64,000 nucleotides of DNA from NCBI GenBank assembly GCA_016184315.1, contig JACPCU010000009.1, forward strand, positions 13,330 to 77,329. Direction: 5' to 3'. The position numbers were made by a program, and so were the translations under genes. The notes beneath the pieces are model-generated. The model saw nothing but the letters and a program-made list of their open reading frames with translations. It was not told the DNA's origin and did not search any database. Shown here piece after piece: positions 34,004 through 43,467 of the stretch. The stretch's first letter is position 1. Every line of letters begins with the position of its first letter. This DNA is from Nitrososphaerota archaeon (GTDB lineage: Archaea; Thermoproteota; Nitrososphaeria; Nitrososphaerales; JACQRY01).

Positions 34004-34018
34004 CTAGACGACGGCCCC
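34004..34018. repeat. att core, integrase-proximal copy (ctagacgacggcccc)
   Basis: Exact 15-mer shared with 25573-25587. On the minus strand it is followed by D-loop-like CTTGGTTTAGAGG, and preceded by an AT-rich promoter-like flank (attaata ~35 nt upstream). Confidence 0.65.
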
Positions 34019-34070
34019 GCTTCATTCACTCGGTCTCTAAATTCGGTATTAATGCATAGCGGGGGTTGAT

Positions 34071-35660
34071 CTAATGGGTGTCGAAGATTTCTTGGAACTT
34101 CGCTATCCTGTCGACAATCGTCTGCTTCTCCGCTGAACTTGGGTTTCTAGGATCCTTAGCCTTAGGCAGCCTTCCGAGCTTCAGCATGGAAGCCATGAGG
34201 AGGTATCTTGCTTTGTTGCAGTCCAGATTGTTTCCTTCAATTGTCAAGTCCTTAGGGTTGGTTTCCACTATTCCACCAGGATCGCTTCGCCCGACTCTGA
34301 CTACTGGGAGTCCGCTTAAGGCTGCTATTTGAAGGGCTTTTGCTTGAGAGTTGGATCCTGTTGCGTAAGGTGATGTTCCTTCAAGGACAAACCCGTGGAG
34401 CTTGGGTTTCGCGTCGTCAGGGCTGCGCTGCTCAATCAACGCCTTATTGATTCTGGCGACTATGTCTACCTCCTGATCAGGATCTTCGGTTTCATCTTCC
34501 TGTGAATATGCGCCGTATTTCACTATGTGCACCCTAGGTATCACTTCCCGCCTTAACGTGCCGTCAGGATTCTTGACTTGAATCGAGGCAGTGTTTCCCG
34601 CTGCAGTATCGAGGAATTCAACTTTGTCAGGTAGCTTCTTCAGGTTAACCTCTGACGTTGAAGTATGCTTGTAGCTGGGTCTATACCAAATAGTTGCGGC
34701 AGACTTCACAGTTCCAAGGATGCCGCCGTGTCCACCTGTCGCCTTATAGTTCCCAGGCCGGTCATCAGCCTTCTTAAAATCTCTCGCCGCGTAGATCCGC
34801 TGATCCTGTATCCCTACCGCGCCCAGCCCTCTCCCCTTACCAGACGCTATGTAGGTAACTGCGTCAACCAAGTTTCTATCACCATCGTTGGCAAGCTGCC
34901 CATGCATTCTCTGAGAAGCATTACCAACTATCGGCAGATCAGTGTCGATGATGATGTTAAGCCAGTAAAGCGTCTCCTCGATGTGGGGGCTTCCCTCCAG
35001 CCAGATGGCTCCCTCATATCCACCTGTGTCAATAGTCTTCTGAACAGTGTTCGCCACTCTAGCTAAATCCCCTGTCCTCACACTCTTAGCCAATGCACCG
35101 GGTTTGTAGGGAAAATAGTCGATGCCAGCTACCTCCCCTTTCTTCCGGTGTCCTCCCGGCGGAAGAACTCTGACAAAATCATAGTCAGCCATACGGTCCA
35201 GTATGCTGCCCTCACCGTGCTCGCTCCGCCCCGAAATCGTTCTGTCGATATCCATGAAGATTCTTGAAGCATCCGGATAGAATCCCTGCCTCCCACCATA
35301 GTTCAATGCAGCATTCTCCAAGTCCCCTGCTTCAAAAGGCACACCATTCTTGGAGCCATCTCCACGCCTAGCCATGTAGGGGAGAAGATAGGGCCCGTCT
35401 TCAGGCTTCAGCGTTACCTCATAGTAGTCTTTACCATCATCATGGTAGACCTCTGACGCATCTTCCTCCAAAGGATGAGCACTAAACTTCTTGATTCTGA
35501 CTGTCACCGGCTCGTAAAGGGTCTGTGCCACAATGTGGTCGAAGCGGCCCGGTACCACGCGCTCACCCGACAGCCTAGCCTTGTTGCTTGTGACTAGCGG
35601 AGGAGAGTTGGCGAGCGTAGCCCTAGAACCAGAGAAAACAGCTATTCGAGGTTTAGCCAT
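34071..35660 (-). CDS. divergent asparaginase/glutaminase-fold protein with a large insertion
   Basis: 529 aa. IAVFSGSRATLANS aligns to the TGGTIA motif. GAIWLEGSPHIEETLYWLN aligns to HGTDTMEET. HGFVLEGTSPYATGS...GLPVVRVGRS aligns to the C-domain motifs. Confidence 0.55.
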   Translation of the reverse strand: MAKPRIAVFSGSRATLANSPPLVTSNKARLSGERVVPGRFDHIVAQTLYEPVTVRIKKFSAHPLEEDASEVYHDDGKDYYEVTLKPEDGPYLLPYMARRGDGSKNGVPFEAGDLENAALNYGGRQGFYPDASRIFMDIDRTISGRSEHGEGSILDRMADYDFVRVLPPGGHRKKGEVAGIDYFPYKPGALAKSVRTGDLARVANTVQKTIDTGGYEGAIWLEGSPHIEETLYWLNIIIDTDLPIVGNASQRMHGQLANDGDRNLVDAVTYIASGKGRGLGAVGIQDQRIYAARDFKKADDRPGNYKATGGHGGILGTVKSAATIWYRPSYKHTSTSEVNLKKLPDKVEFLDTAAGNTASIQVKNPDGTLRREVIPRVHIVKYGAYSQEDETEDPDQEVDIVARINKALIEQRSPDDAKPKLHGFVLEGTSPYATGSNSQAKALQIAALSGLPVVRVGRSDPGGIVETNPKDLTIEGNNLDCNKARYLLMASMLKLGRLPKAKDPRNPSSAEKQTIVDRIAKFQEIFDTH

Positions 35661-35752
35661 ATCCTAGCATAAGAAAAACCCGTATTAAACTTAGCAGCGG
35701 AACCTTGTTATTCGTTTTTTGCCAGCAAGACCCAGATTTTTGCAGAGAATGC

Positions 35753-36526
35753 CTACTCTAGATTCAAAGTCTCTACGATCTTTCTGTAAGATGCTTTGCT
35801 GTGTTTCTTCTTGTAGGTTCTCAGCAGGGGAATCAGCATCTCTTGGCTTGGAGCCATCAGAATTCTCCTAACTTTTCTGGCCATGGGCCCACCGATGAAC
35901 ACGTATTGGGTTACCGCCGTCAGGTTGCTTGGCCTCCTGCTGGTGCTGGCTGTCTCGAAATCGATGATAGTCACTTTGTGGTCTTCAATGAAGACGTGTT
36001 TTGAAGGGTTGCTCAGCTCACCGTGATCAAGTCCCAGATCATCAAGTCTGAAGCACTGGTCCAAGATGCTGCGAACAGCTCCTCTGAGTCGAGCAGTTGT
36101 TCCCTTGCCCCTCAGATTCTTGATCCATCGGGTGATCGGCTCACCCTCGGCCATCTCCATGAGCATGAAATTATCAGTGTAGGAGGAGATCTTGGGGCCC
36201 ACTCCGACGCTGTTTGCCAGTTTCAGCATCTCTGCTTCATGCTTCATAGATGGCCTGTTTGCGTCTACTCTACGAATCTTCAACACTTCAACTCCTCTTT
36301 TCGTTTCAGCTTTGATGACTATGGAGACGCAGCCTTTCCCTAGGATCGGCAGGGAGCCTAGCATAGTCTTGCCGTCGAAGAGGATGGCTTCGACTCCAAG
36401 GGTTTTGAGCTCGTTGATTCGTTTCCGGGCTTCTTTTGGGCTTGCCTTAGGGTAACAGAGGGCATCGGAGAAGGGCTTTGAAGCCAGATCGCTGATGTTA
36501 GTTGTGAGCATGGGTGTCGGTGGCAA
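35753..36526 (-). CDS. small archaeal Ser/Thr-protein-kinase-like (RIO/Bud32-like fold) protein
   Basis: 257 aa. It has the glycine loop LGKGCVSIVIKA, then VLKIRR, FMLMEMAEGEP, DHGELSNPSKHVF and IIDFETA. Confidence 0.55.
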   Translation of the reverse strand: MPPTPMLTTNISDLASKPFSDALCYPKASPKEARKRINELKTLGVEAILFDGKTMLGSLPILGKGCVSIVIKAETKRGVEVLKIRRVDANRPSMKHEAEMLKLANSVGVGPKISSYTDNFMLMEMAEGEPITRWIKNLRGKGTTARLRGAVRSILDQCFRLDDLGLDHGELSNPSKHVFIEDHKVTIIDFETASTSRRPSNLTAVTQYVFIGGPMARKVRRILMAPSQEMLIPLLRTYKKKHSKASYRKIVETLNLE

Positions 36527-37904
36527 GGATCTGAGTCAACTCTTCTCTAAACCAGTCGTGTTTTTCAGCGTACTTCAAGACCTGTTCCCCTATGAGTATT
36601 CTGGATCCTCTGAGGAGGTCTTTCTTGAGGCCTTGCGATATCCCTGATTTGTTCAGGTTTTTCGTGGTGATCTCCCTCAGGAACTGTCTGAGGACATAGG
36701 TTTTTCGTGGCGTGAGGCTACACACTCTTAGATCATTTCTCACCCATGTGAGGATGGCGTCTCGCCTTCTCTTCTGCAGAAATTCGCTGCAGCTCTTCTC
36801 CATAGTGATGCCTGGGCCGACGCGGACCTCAAAGGGGGATAATGCTGGCGACTCGACTAGGAATATTAGTGCGCTGGAGTCCTCTTCGTTGCTTGCCGCG
36901 CGCCCTCTAATCGCCTTGAATCCCTTGTCGTTGATATGGTTCTCTATTCTGGAGACGCTTCTCTTGAGCTGGCCCCACAGGTCGTCTATGGGTCGGGGTC
37001 TATGTTGGAAGGTCACTGCGGCCAAGCCGTCGAGCAGGGGAGGTTTCTTCAAGTATTCGTCGATCTTTTTGATTCTCGGTTTGCTGAAGAAGCTGATGTT
37101 GGGTTTGCGGAGAAAGGCGCGGGCTGCGAGGATAAGTTTTCCCACGCTTTCTGCTGAAATTGCTGTGCCCAAGTTTCTCTTCGAATCGATCGGGTCTAGG
37201 ATGATTACTGGGCTGGCGAACTGCTTGACTAAGCTGGGGTCATAATCGCCGACGGCTATTAAATCTCCTTCCCGGATCTTGGCAAAATGTTCTAGGACTT
37301 GTTCTAAGCCTCTGAACTTCAAAATCAGAGCTTCACAGACATATCCACTGAACCCTTGATGCCTAATGTCAGCCCCATATATTCCAGTAGCCTTGAGGAA
37401 TCTTTTCAGCAGCCGGGTTTCAAGTCTGAGCTCATCGTTGAAGTTCTTGACGACGTAGTCAGTATGGAAAGGCGAGCGGTCGGCAGCACTCATCCATCCT
37501 CCCTTCTCAACCTTGTAGCATACGACGATGTTCACCTTCACACCGTTTATGGTGCCCTCCACATAGGGATGCTCAGAATACCTCAGAAGAGGCCTGTATC
37601 CTTTCAACGCTGATACACCCAATGTCTCCCCGAACCACTCCAAATCATCCCTACTCATAGTTACTGGGAGCTTGACAAAGATGTCTATGTCTGCGTCACT
37701 GCGGAGCCAAGTGCCCTTAGCGTAGGATCCCCCCAACACCACTTCTCCCTCAAGATTCAGCCTTTGAACAGCAGCCTCTACTCTTCTCACTGCAAGCATG
37801 GCCACTGCTCCGACGCGTTCCCCTTCTTTCTTAGAAGGCTGCACAAGCCTAGCAGCCTCCCTGTGCACTCTCTGCGCCGCGTCTAAAAAGGCCTGTTCAG
37901 CCAA
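36498..37904 (-). CDS. cca: class I (archaeal) CCA-adding tRNA nucleotidyltransferase
   Basis: 468 aa. GGSYAKGTWLRSDADIDIFV is the nucleotidyltransferase motif, and the archaeal CCA body/tail layout is present. Confidence 0.85.
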   Translation of the reverse strand: MAEQAFLDAAQRVHREAARLVQPSKKEGERVGAVAMLAVRRVEAAVQRLNLEGEVVLGGSYAKGTWLRSDADIDIFVKLPVTMSRDDLEWFGETLGVSALKGYRPLLRYSEHPYVEGTINGVKVNIVVCYKVEKGGWMSAADRSPFHTDYVVKNFNDELRLETRLLKRFLKATGIYGADIRHQGFSGYVCEALILKFRGLEQVLEHFAKIREGDLIAVGDYDPSLVKQFASPVIILDPIDSKRNLGTAISAESVGKLILAARAFLRKPNISFFSKPRIKKIDEYLKKPPLLDGLAAVTFQHRPRPIDDLWGQLKRSVSRIENHINDKGFKAIRGRAASNEEDSSALIFLVESPALSPFEVRVGPGITMEKSCSEFLQKRRRDAILTWVRNDLRVCSLTPRKTYVLRQFLREITTKNLNKSGISQGLKKDLLRGSRILIGEQVLKYAEKHDWFREELTQILATDTHAHN

Positions 37905-38451
37905 ACTTCAAGACCACCAGATCCGCGTATATAGGCCCCTTAGGAGTCAGATCACTCTTCTTGAGCTTAAGACTGCTCACAGTCTCCTCGCCGAAAAACG
38001 TGTCGGAATACCCCTGCACTTCTTCTAGAAGTCTCTCTCGTTCTCTACCACTCTTCACCCTGGCGATAGTGACATGAGGCTGGAAACTGTCCCTATCATT
38101 GCCGCTGAACTCACGCAGCGCACCGTTAACCCCTTCAGCAACCTCGTTCAACTTGACTGCTGAGTCAGGTTCGACACCGGCCCAGATCACCGAAATCCTC
38201 TTGGGACTCGGGAAGACTCCGAGGCCGCGATACTTGACATTAAAAGCTTTGAAAGACAGAGTTGAGAGCCCATTCTCCACTTGGTGAACAACTGCTTCAG
38301 AAACCTCTCCCAGAAACTTTACCGTAAAATGCATGTTATGGGGCTCCACCAGCTTAACATCCGCCCCCGTCCTGATAATGTTCTCCTGCACCTGCCTCAG
38401 CCTGTCAACAATATCATCTGCGCCAACATCGATTGCGACGAACACCCTCAT
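37897..38451 (-). CDS. thpR: RNA 2',3'-cyclic phosphodiesterase (2H family, LigT/ThpR)
   Basis: 184 aa. It has two H-x-T/S-x motifs: HFTVKFLGE and HVTIARV. Confidence 0.8.
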   Translation of the reverse strand: MRVFVAIDVGADDIVDRLRQVQENIIRTGADVKLVEPHNMHFTVKFLGEVSEAVVHQVENGLSTLSFKAFNVKYRGLGVFPSPKRISVIWAGVEPDSAVKLNEVAEGVNGALREFSGNDRDSFQPHVTIARVKSGRERERLLEEVQGYSDTFFGEETVSSLKLKKSDLTPKGPIYADLVVLKFG

Positions 38452-38553
38452 GCCGTCTTAGACCGATAAAGACGTAGATCAAAGGACATAGTAAACTCTT
38501 ATGGCTGGAGAAACGATGGCACTAAATAGAGCAGATAGAACCTGACGAAAAAC

Positions 38554-39456
38554 ATGAGCAGCGGGATCATCGACAGCCACACTCACCCATTCTCCTGCCC
38601 ACTAAACCTGTTTCTTGAAGAGATGGAGCGAGCCAAACTGAGGTGCTGTGTACCCCTGTTCTCCATCAGGAATCCCAGCGACATAGATAGGCCGGATGTG
38701 CGGAAACGGATCTCCAGCCGCCTTCAAGGCGATCTATCGCGCATGCAGGAACGAATATTCGAAGGCATCAGAGGATACATCGGGAGCCTTGCCAACCCCA
38801 CAAACAAAGATGTAGCAGATCTCGCTAAGCGTTATCCAGACAAATTCGTACCATTCGGCTCAGTTTACATGAATGGCAGCGAGGAGCAGCTAGAGGAGCA
38901 GCTGAAGGAGGGGGAACGCCTTGGGCTGAGGGGGTTGAAGCTGCTTCCCACTCTGCAGCTCTTCAATCCGTCTGAGAGCAGGAATTTTGAGAAGGTCTGC
39001 GAGTGGTGTGAGAAGAAGAGGTGGGTGATCATGTATCACACGGGGTGCGACCCGGGACCTTTTGAGATTCCTGAGGTGGCTGAGGATGCTAATCCTAGGT
39101 ACCTTGTCTCTGTTTTGGAGAGGTATTCACCTAGGATCGTTTTGGCCCATTTCGGTGCTTACAGTGCTTACCACATGGGGCTGTGGTTCGATGAAGCCAT
39201 TACGGTTGCCAAGAAGTTTGACTATGTGTATGCGGATACTTCTGCTGCCGTGAGTTTCATTCTGATGGAGCGGAATTTGAAGAGGATTAGAGCGGAGGTT
39301 GGTTTGGATAGACTTCTTTTCGGCACGGATTTTCCTGTGGTCGGCGGGAGCGATATTGTTTCTGGGGTTAATGCGGTCTCGTCGTGCCGTTATCTTTCTG
39401 AAGGGGAGAAGGCGGTGGTGTTGGGTGAGAATGCTGCTCGTCTCCTCAGTTTGTGA
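38554..39456 (+). CDS. metal-dependent amidohydrolase (TIM-barrel, COG2159-like)
   Basis: 300 aa. IDSHTHPF, VLAHFG and LFGTDFP are metal-ligand motifs. Confidence 0.65.
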   Translation: MSSGIIDSHTHPFSCPLNLFLEEMERAKLRCCVPLFSIRNPSDIDRPDVRKRISSRLQGDLSRMQERIFEGIRGYIGSLANPTNKDVADLAKRYPDKFVPFGSVYMNGSEEQLEEQLKEGERLGLRGLKLLPTLQLFNPSESRNFEKVCEWCEKKRWVIMYHTGCDPGPFEIPEVAEDANPRYLVSVLERYSPRIVLAHFGAYSAYHMGLWFDEAITVAKKFDYVYADTSAAVSFILMERNLKRIRAEVGLDRLLFGTDFPVVGGSDIVSGVNAVSSCRYLSEGEKAVVLGENAARLLSL

Positions 39457-39471
39457 GGGGGATAGGGTTAT

Positions 39472-40113
39472 GTGCAGGTGGCTTTTTGGTCAGGGGGCCC
39501 GCTGGCAGATCGTGGGAAAATGTCTTTGACAAGTCGAAACAAGGATTCTTCATACAAGAAGATGATTGTTTGCATAACTGGCATGCCTGGAGCGGGTAAG
39601 TCTACTGCTTGTGAGGCGGTGCAGAGCCTAGGATTTGTTCGGGTAAACATGGGCGATGTGGTCAGGGAGGAGACTACTCGGCGGAATCTTCCTGCCAATG
39701 ATGTGAATGTGGGCGCTTTAATGTTGGAGTTGAGGAAGACGGCGGGGACTAGGGCGATTGCTGATCTTTGTGTCAGCAAAATTCGGAAATCTGATGATAG
39801 CCGTATTGTTATTGACGGGGTGAGAAGCATGGATGAAGTCGAAGTTTTCAGGAGTGAAGGACAGGTGTTTCTGCTGGCGATCCATGCTTCTCCTGCTAGG
39901 CGCTACGGGTATCTGCGTTCAAGGGGAAGACAGGATGCTCCTCTTAGCTGGAGCGAGTTTTGCGCTCGCGACATGAGGGAGCTTTCTGTGGGGATTGGGG
40001 GTTCGATTGCTTTGGCTGACGAAGTTGTTTCTAACAGTAATTTGACGATCGATGAGTTAAGAATGCAGGCTTCAGCTATTGTTAAGCGGGCCTTGAAGGA
40101 GTTTGAAGACTGA
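39472..40113 (+). CDS. UPF0200-type P-loop nucleotide kinase (dephospho-CoA-kinase-like)
   Basis: Walker A is present in MIVCITGMPGAGKST. The probable start is the ATG at 39562 rather than the ORF-track start. Confidence 0.6.
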   Translation: MQVAFWSGGPLADRGKMSLTSRNKDSSYKKMIVCITGMPGAGKSTACEAVQSLGFVRVNMGDVVREETTRRNLPANDVNVGALMLELRKTAGTRAIADLCVSKIRKSDDSRIVIDGVRSMDEVEVFRSEGQVFLLAIHASPARRYGYLRSRGRQDAPLSWSEFCARDMRELSVGIGGSIALADEVVSNSNLTIDELRMQASAIVKRALKEFED

Positions 40114-40531
40114 GCCATTTACTGGTCCTTTGCTGATAGACGTTTCTGTCGAGATCAATCCTTCTGAAAGCGAGGCTAAGGTTAGCTACTCCGTTGCTAA
40201 GCTGGTATCTCCATTAGAGACTAGTATTGAGGGCAACAGAGTCAGGATGCTAAAGGGCAAGAGCAACGACGCTATGAGCCTGCTGCCCATCTACGAGGGA
40301 ATCAGGAGACGGCTGAGCCTTGGCGTGGCCAGAAGACTGTTAACGAGGAATCGGGTGGGAGATTCGACTTCGCTTCAGTTTAACAAGCAGGCTGCCTACA
40401 TGGGTATTGTAGCGATCTGTGAGATTGAGAATGAGTCACCTCTGGGCCCCGTCACTGTGAAATTCACCAGCCCCACACTTGACTCGTTCATAGACTGGCT
40501 TGCCCCAGAGATTCAAAAATCTTCTGCATAA
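40103..40531 (+). CDS. UPF0201/DUF54-type putative RNA-binding protein
   Basis: 142 aa. Its size and its conserved pairing with the upstream UPF0200 kinase are typical of archaea. The assignment is by context and general pattern. Confidence 0.45.
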   Translation: MKTEPFTGPLLIDVSVEINPSESEAKVSYSVAKLVSPLETSIEGNRVRMLKGKSNDAMSLLPIYEGIRRRLSLGVARRLLTRNRVGDSTSLQFNKQAAYMGIVAICEIENESPLGPVTVKFTSPTLDSFIDWLAPEIQKSSA

Positions 40532-40534
40532 TCG

Positions 40535-41458
40535 TTACCAGTCCTCTGGGTAAGGTATGTCGAAAGCCATCTGATCAGTAGCAGCCATAACCTTTGGGTG
40601 AACCTCCGCCGCCTGAAACAGCAGTGGGGAGACATCAGTGTACCTAGCGCTGAAATGGGTGAGGACAAGGAGACTCGCTCCAGCGTTTCTAGCTAACATG
40701 GCTGCTTCTCTAGCGGTTGCATGCAGGTTTTCCACTGCTCGCTCTGCTTGGTCGTCGCCATAGGTTGAGTCGAAGATCAGCACGTCGCAGTCCTTGAAGA
40801 ATCTTGTCAGGCGGGAATTAGGTCTGGTGTCTCCTGAGACCCCTATCCTTCTGCCTCTCCTCTTGGGGCCCAAGACTTGTCTGGGAAGAATCTTCTTGTC
40901 TCCCACGATTACTGGCTGCCCATGTTGCAGCCTAGACCAAAGTTCTCCTTCCGGAACCCCCAGTCTAATCGCGTTCTCCCTGTGGAACGCCCCCGGCCTG
41001 TCACGCTCCTCGATGCAATAAGCATACGAGTCAACTTCATGTTCAGACCTAGCAGCTTTAACCACGTATTCTTCCTCATCAACAATTACCCCTGAATACG
41101 CCTTGGTGAACCTGACTGGGAATGTGAGCACAAAGCCTAGGATTCGCCTCACCTCTTTCACCAGTTCCCAGACCCGCTCAGGACCGTATATGTCTAGGGA
41201 CTTGTCTCTACCAGTCATAGACATGGATTGTAGGAGACCTAAGAGGCCTACAGTATGGTCTCCGTGTATGTGGGTGATAAAGATCTTCATTCTACGGTTG
41301 AGCCCCAAGCCTGCTTTGGCTATGGCTTGCTGAACCCCTTCACCCGCATCAAAGAGAAGCAACTCGTCTCCCCGCTGTATTGCTGTTGCACTGAGACCTC
41401 TGCTTCCAGTGGGGGTTGCAGCTGACGTGCCTAGAAAGACAATTCGAAGATGAGTCAA
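40535..41458 (-). CDS. rnz: ribonuclease Z (tRNA 3' endonuclease)
   Basis: 307 aa. The metallo-beta-lactamase motif is ITHIHGDH, and LVLTHFSARY lies at the C-terminus. Confidence 0.85.
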   Translation of the reverse strand: MTHLRIVFLGTSAATPTGSRGLSATAIQRGDELLLFDAGEGVQQAIAKAGLGLNRRMKIFITHIHGDHTVGLLGLLQSMSMTGRDKSLDIYGPERVWELVKEVRRILGFVLTFPVRFTKAYSGVIVDEEEYVVKAARSEHEVDSYAYCIEERDRPGAFHRENAIRLGVPEGELWSRLQHGQPVIVGDKKILPRQVLGPKRRGRRIGVSGDTRPNSRLTRFFKDCDVLIFDSTYGDDQAERAVENLHATAREAAMLARNAGASLLVLTHFSARYTDVSPLLFQAAEVHPKVMAATDQMAFDIPYPEDW

Positions 41459-41498
41459 GGCACAGCAGCCTCACCAGATCAACAGATGTAGCACATAT

Positions 41499-42395
41499 TT
41501 ACGCTGAGCTAAGACTCTTCCTCAAATGCTCAGCTATGAGCGGAGCTAAATCCACTGCACTTACAGAAGACGGAATAGAGTTTGTCCCAATCACCTCTGA
41601 GACCCCTGCGTTCATAATCTTCTCCAGCGCGTTCCCCACCAACAGAGGGTGAGTGCAAATAGCGAAGATTCGTCTTGCCCCTGACTTAGCTAACAGTTCC
41701 GCAGCCTTCACAACAGTTCCCCCAGTGCTAATCATATCATCAACAATCACCACATTTCTTCCAGATGCTGGAACAACCTTCTCCTCAACAACTATTTCTC
41801 CCGTATGCCTGTCACGATGCTTCTCAAAGACAAAGGTCTCAGCGCCAATCGCCTCAGCGAACTCTCTTGCCCTAGCAGAGCCCCCGAAGTCAGGCGAAAT
41901 CACCAGTGGCTTGTTGACACCGCGGTTCTTCACGAAGAAATCAGCCATGACTCTAACAGCTGTAAGATTATGCAAAGGAATAGCAAAATGGGAAGCAGCC
42001 AGACCGCTATGAATATCCACCGTAGTCACGCTCGCCATTCCAGATGATTCCAACAAACATGCGACAAGCTCCGCGCTAACAGCATCAGTCTCCAAGAACG
42101 CGCGATCCTGCCTAGCGTAAGGAAGATAAGGTATCACGCCATGAACTGCATACCCATCCAAGCTCAGCTTCCTAGCAAGCAGCAGTCCTTGGAAGAGATG
42201 TCTGTCAACAGGAGGATACATGGACTGCACCAGAATGCAGTCAGACGCCTCAGCCTTCCCAACCAGTCTGACTCTTGTTTCACCGTCAGGGAACACATCT
42301 GACCTAACCTCAATCAGAGGCAACCGTAATTCTGCCGCGATGCCCTGCGCTAGACTGCCGGAAGAGGGTCCAGAAATCACCGCGTAACTCTTCAT
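41499..42395 (-). CDS. prs: ribose-phosphate pyrophosphokinase
   Basis: 298 aa. The PRPP-binding loop is VVIVDDMISTGGT, and the pyrophosphate loop is PYLPYARQDR. Confidence 0.85.
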   Translation of the reverse strand: MKSYAVISGPSSGSLAQGIAAELRLPLIEVRSDVFPDGETRVRLVGKAEASDCILVQSMYPPVDRHLFQGLLLARKLSLDGYAVHGVIPYLPYARQDRAFLETDAVSAELVACLLESSGMASVTTVDIHSGLAASHFAIPLHNLTAVRVMADFFVKNRGVNKPLVISPDFGGSARAREFAEAIGAETFVFEKHRDRHTGEIVVEEKVVPASGRNVVIVDDMISTGGTVVKAAELLAKSGARRIFAICTHPLLVGNALEKIMNAGVSEVIGTNSIPSSVSAVDLAPLIAEHLRKSLSSA

Positions 42396-42563
42396 GTCTA
42401 CTAGATTCGTGGGCTACGCGTCACTATTTAATCGAATATATTTGGCGTCAGCCCCTTCATGGTTTGCTCTTTCCAAAAACCTGCTGTTTGAAGCGGGTGG
42501 AGATTCATACTTCTTGCTTTTCTCAGCGCCTAGACTGTAAGATTTTTAAGAAACATTGTTGAG

Positions 42564-42788
42564 GTGCCTGTTGCCATGTCGGAGCAGTTCTGCCCTGAAT
42601 GCGGAAACAAAATGATCTACGAGGCACCCGTAAGAAGATTTGTCTGCAGGGGTTGCGGACTCTACGCCACAAGGGATGAAATCTCAGACATAAGGCAGAA
42701 AGCCAAGACACCGCTATTAGACGACGAACGGAAAAAGAAGAAGGAGCGAGGCGAATACCTACAATGGTGGCTCAGCTCCAAGAAATAG
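42564..42788 (+). CDS. zinc-ribbon protein with a basic C-terminal tail (74 aa)
   Basis: CPECGNKM...CRGCG four-Cys ribbon. The family is unresolved. Confidence 0.45.
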   Translation: MPVAMSEQFCPECGNKMIYEAPVRRFVCRGCGLYATRDEISDIRQKAKTPLLDDERKKKKERGEYLQWWLSSKK

Positions 42789-43083
42789 CCTGAGAAAAGA
42801 AACCCTCCCCAACCCCAAGCCTACCATAGGCTACATTTAGTACGTGTATGCCCTCACCTCACATAAGCTTAACATGCCTTGTGGAAAAGATTTGTCAAGA
42901 AAACAATGATCCGACACAGTTCCTACAGTCATCATAAGACATTACCGACCCCCCAGAATCAGCAAGCAAACCAAGACATATCTTACACCCCTTTTGAACT
43001 CCCCTATACCAAGCGCACACAAGCCAGGAAAGAAATAATAATTCAATCCAAGAGGGACAGAGGAACACGGTAGATACCTGAAC

Positions 43084-43467
43084 ATGTTCGGTCTAGCATC
43101 TAAACAACTCTTAGCTGCACCGTTTATCGCCATCGGCGCCTTTTGGCTAGCAGCCGCCGCTTCAAGTCAGGGCCCCGCCCAACTTATCCTCCCAGGGACC
43201 GCAAGCCTACTAACCGGCATATTCCTGCCGCGAAAAAACACCAAGTGGATTAAACCTCTAATGCTCGTCACCTCCATATACAACATCATGATACTAACAT
43301 ACCAAGCCTTCGCATCCTACATCCTCATAACCATCGGCCTAACATTGCTTGGAAGTCTAGGCCTCGCCGGATACACGCTGGCCGCACTGCTCTTTCTAGT
43401 GTTGCTAGCCTACGGCAGTATTAAACTGGGGGAAGAGACTTCCGCTCCCTCTCCATCCTCATCATAA
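43084..43467 (+). CDS. hypothetical multi-pass membrane protein (127 aa)
   Basis: Four hydrophobic segments. I recognise no motif. Confidence 0.4.
   Translation: MFGLASKQLLAAPFIAIGAFWLAAAASSQGPAQLILPGTASLLTGIFLPRKNTKWIKPLMLVTSIYNIMILTYQAFASYILITIGLTLLGSLGLAGYTLAALLFLVLLAYGSIKLGEETSAPSPSSS

Larger units (their letters stand above)
25573..34018. mobile_element. integrated element (~8.4 kb) at the 5' end of a tRNA gene; integrase-bearing, virus-derived or satellite-like
   Basis: A 15-bp direct repeat of tRNA 5' sequence marks both ends. An intact tyrosine integrase sits 52 nt inside the right end. The cargo is small Zn-ribbon/RHH proteins, an HK97-type prohead protease, a nuclease-like protein, a SHOCT membrane protein and an IS. 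Housekeeping genes resume immediately outside. Confidence 0.65.
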
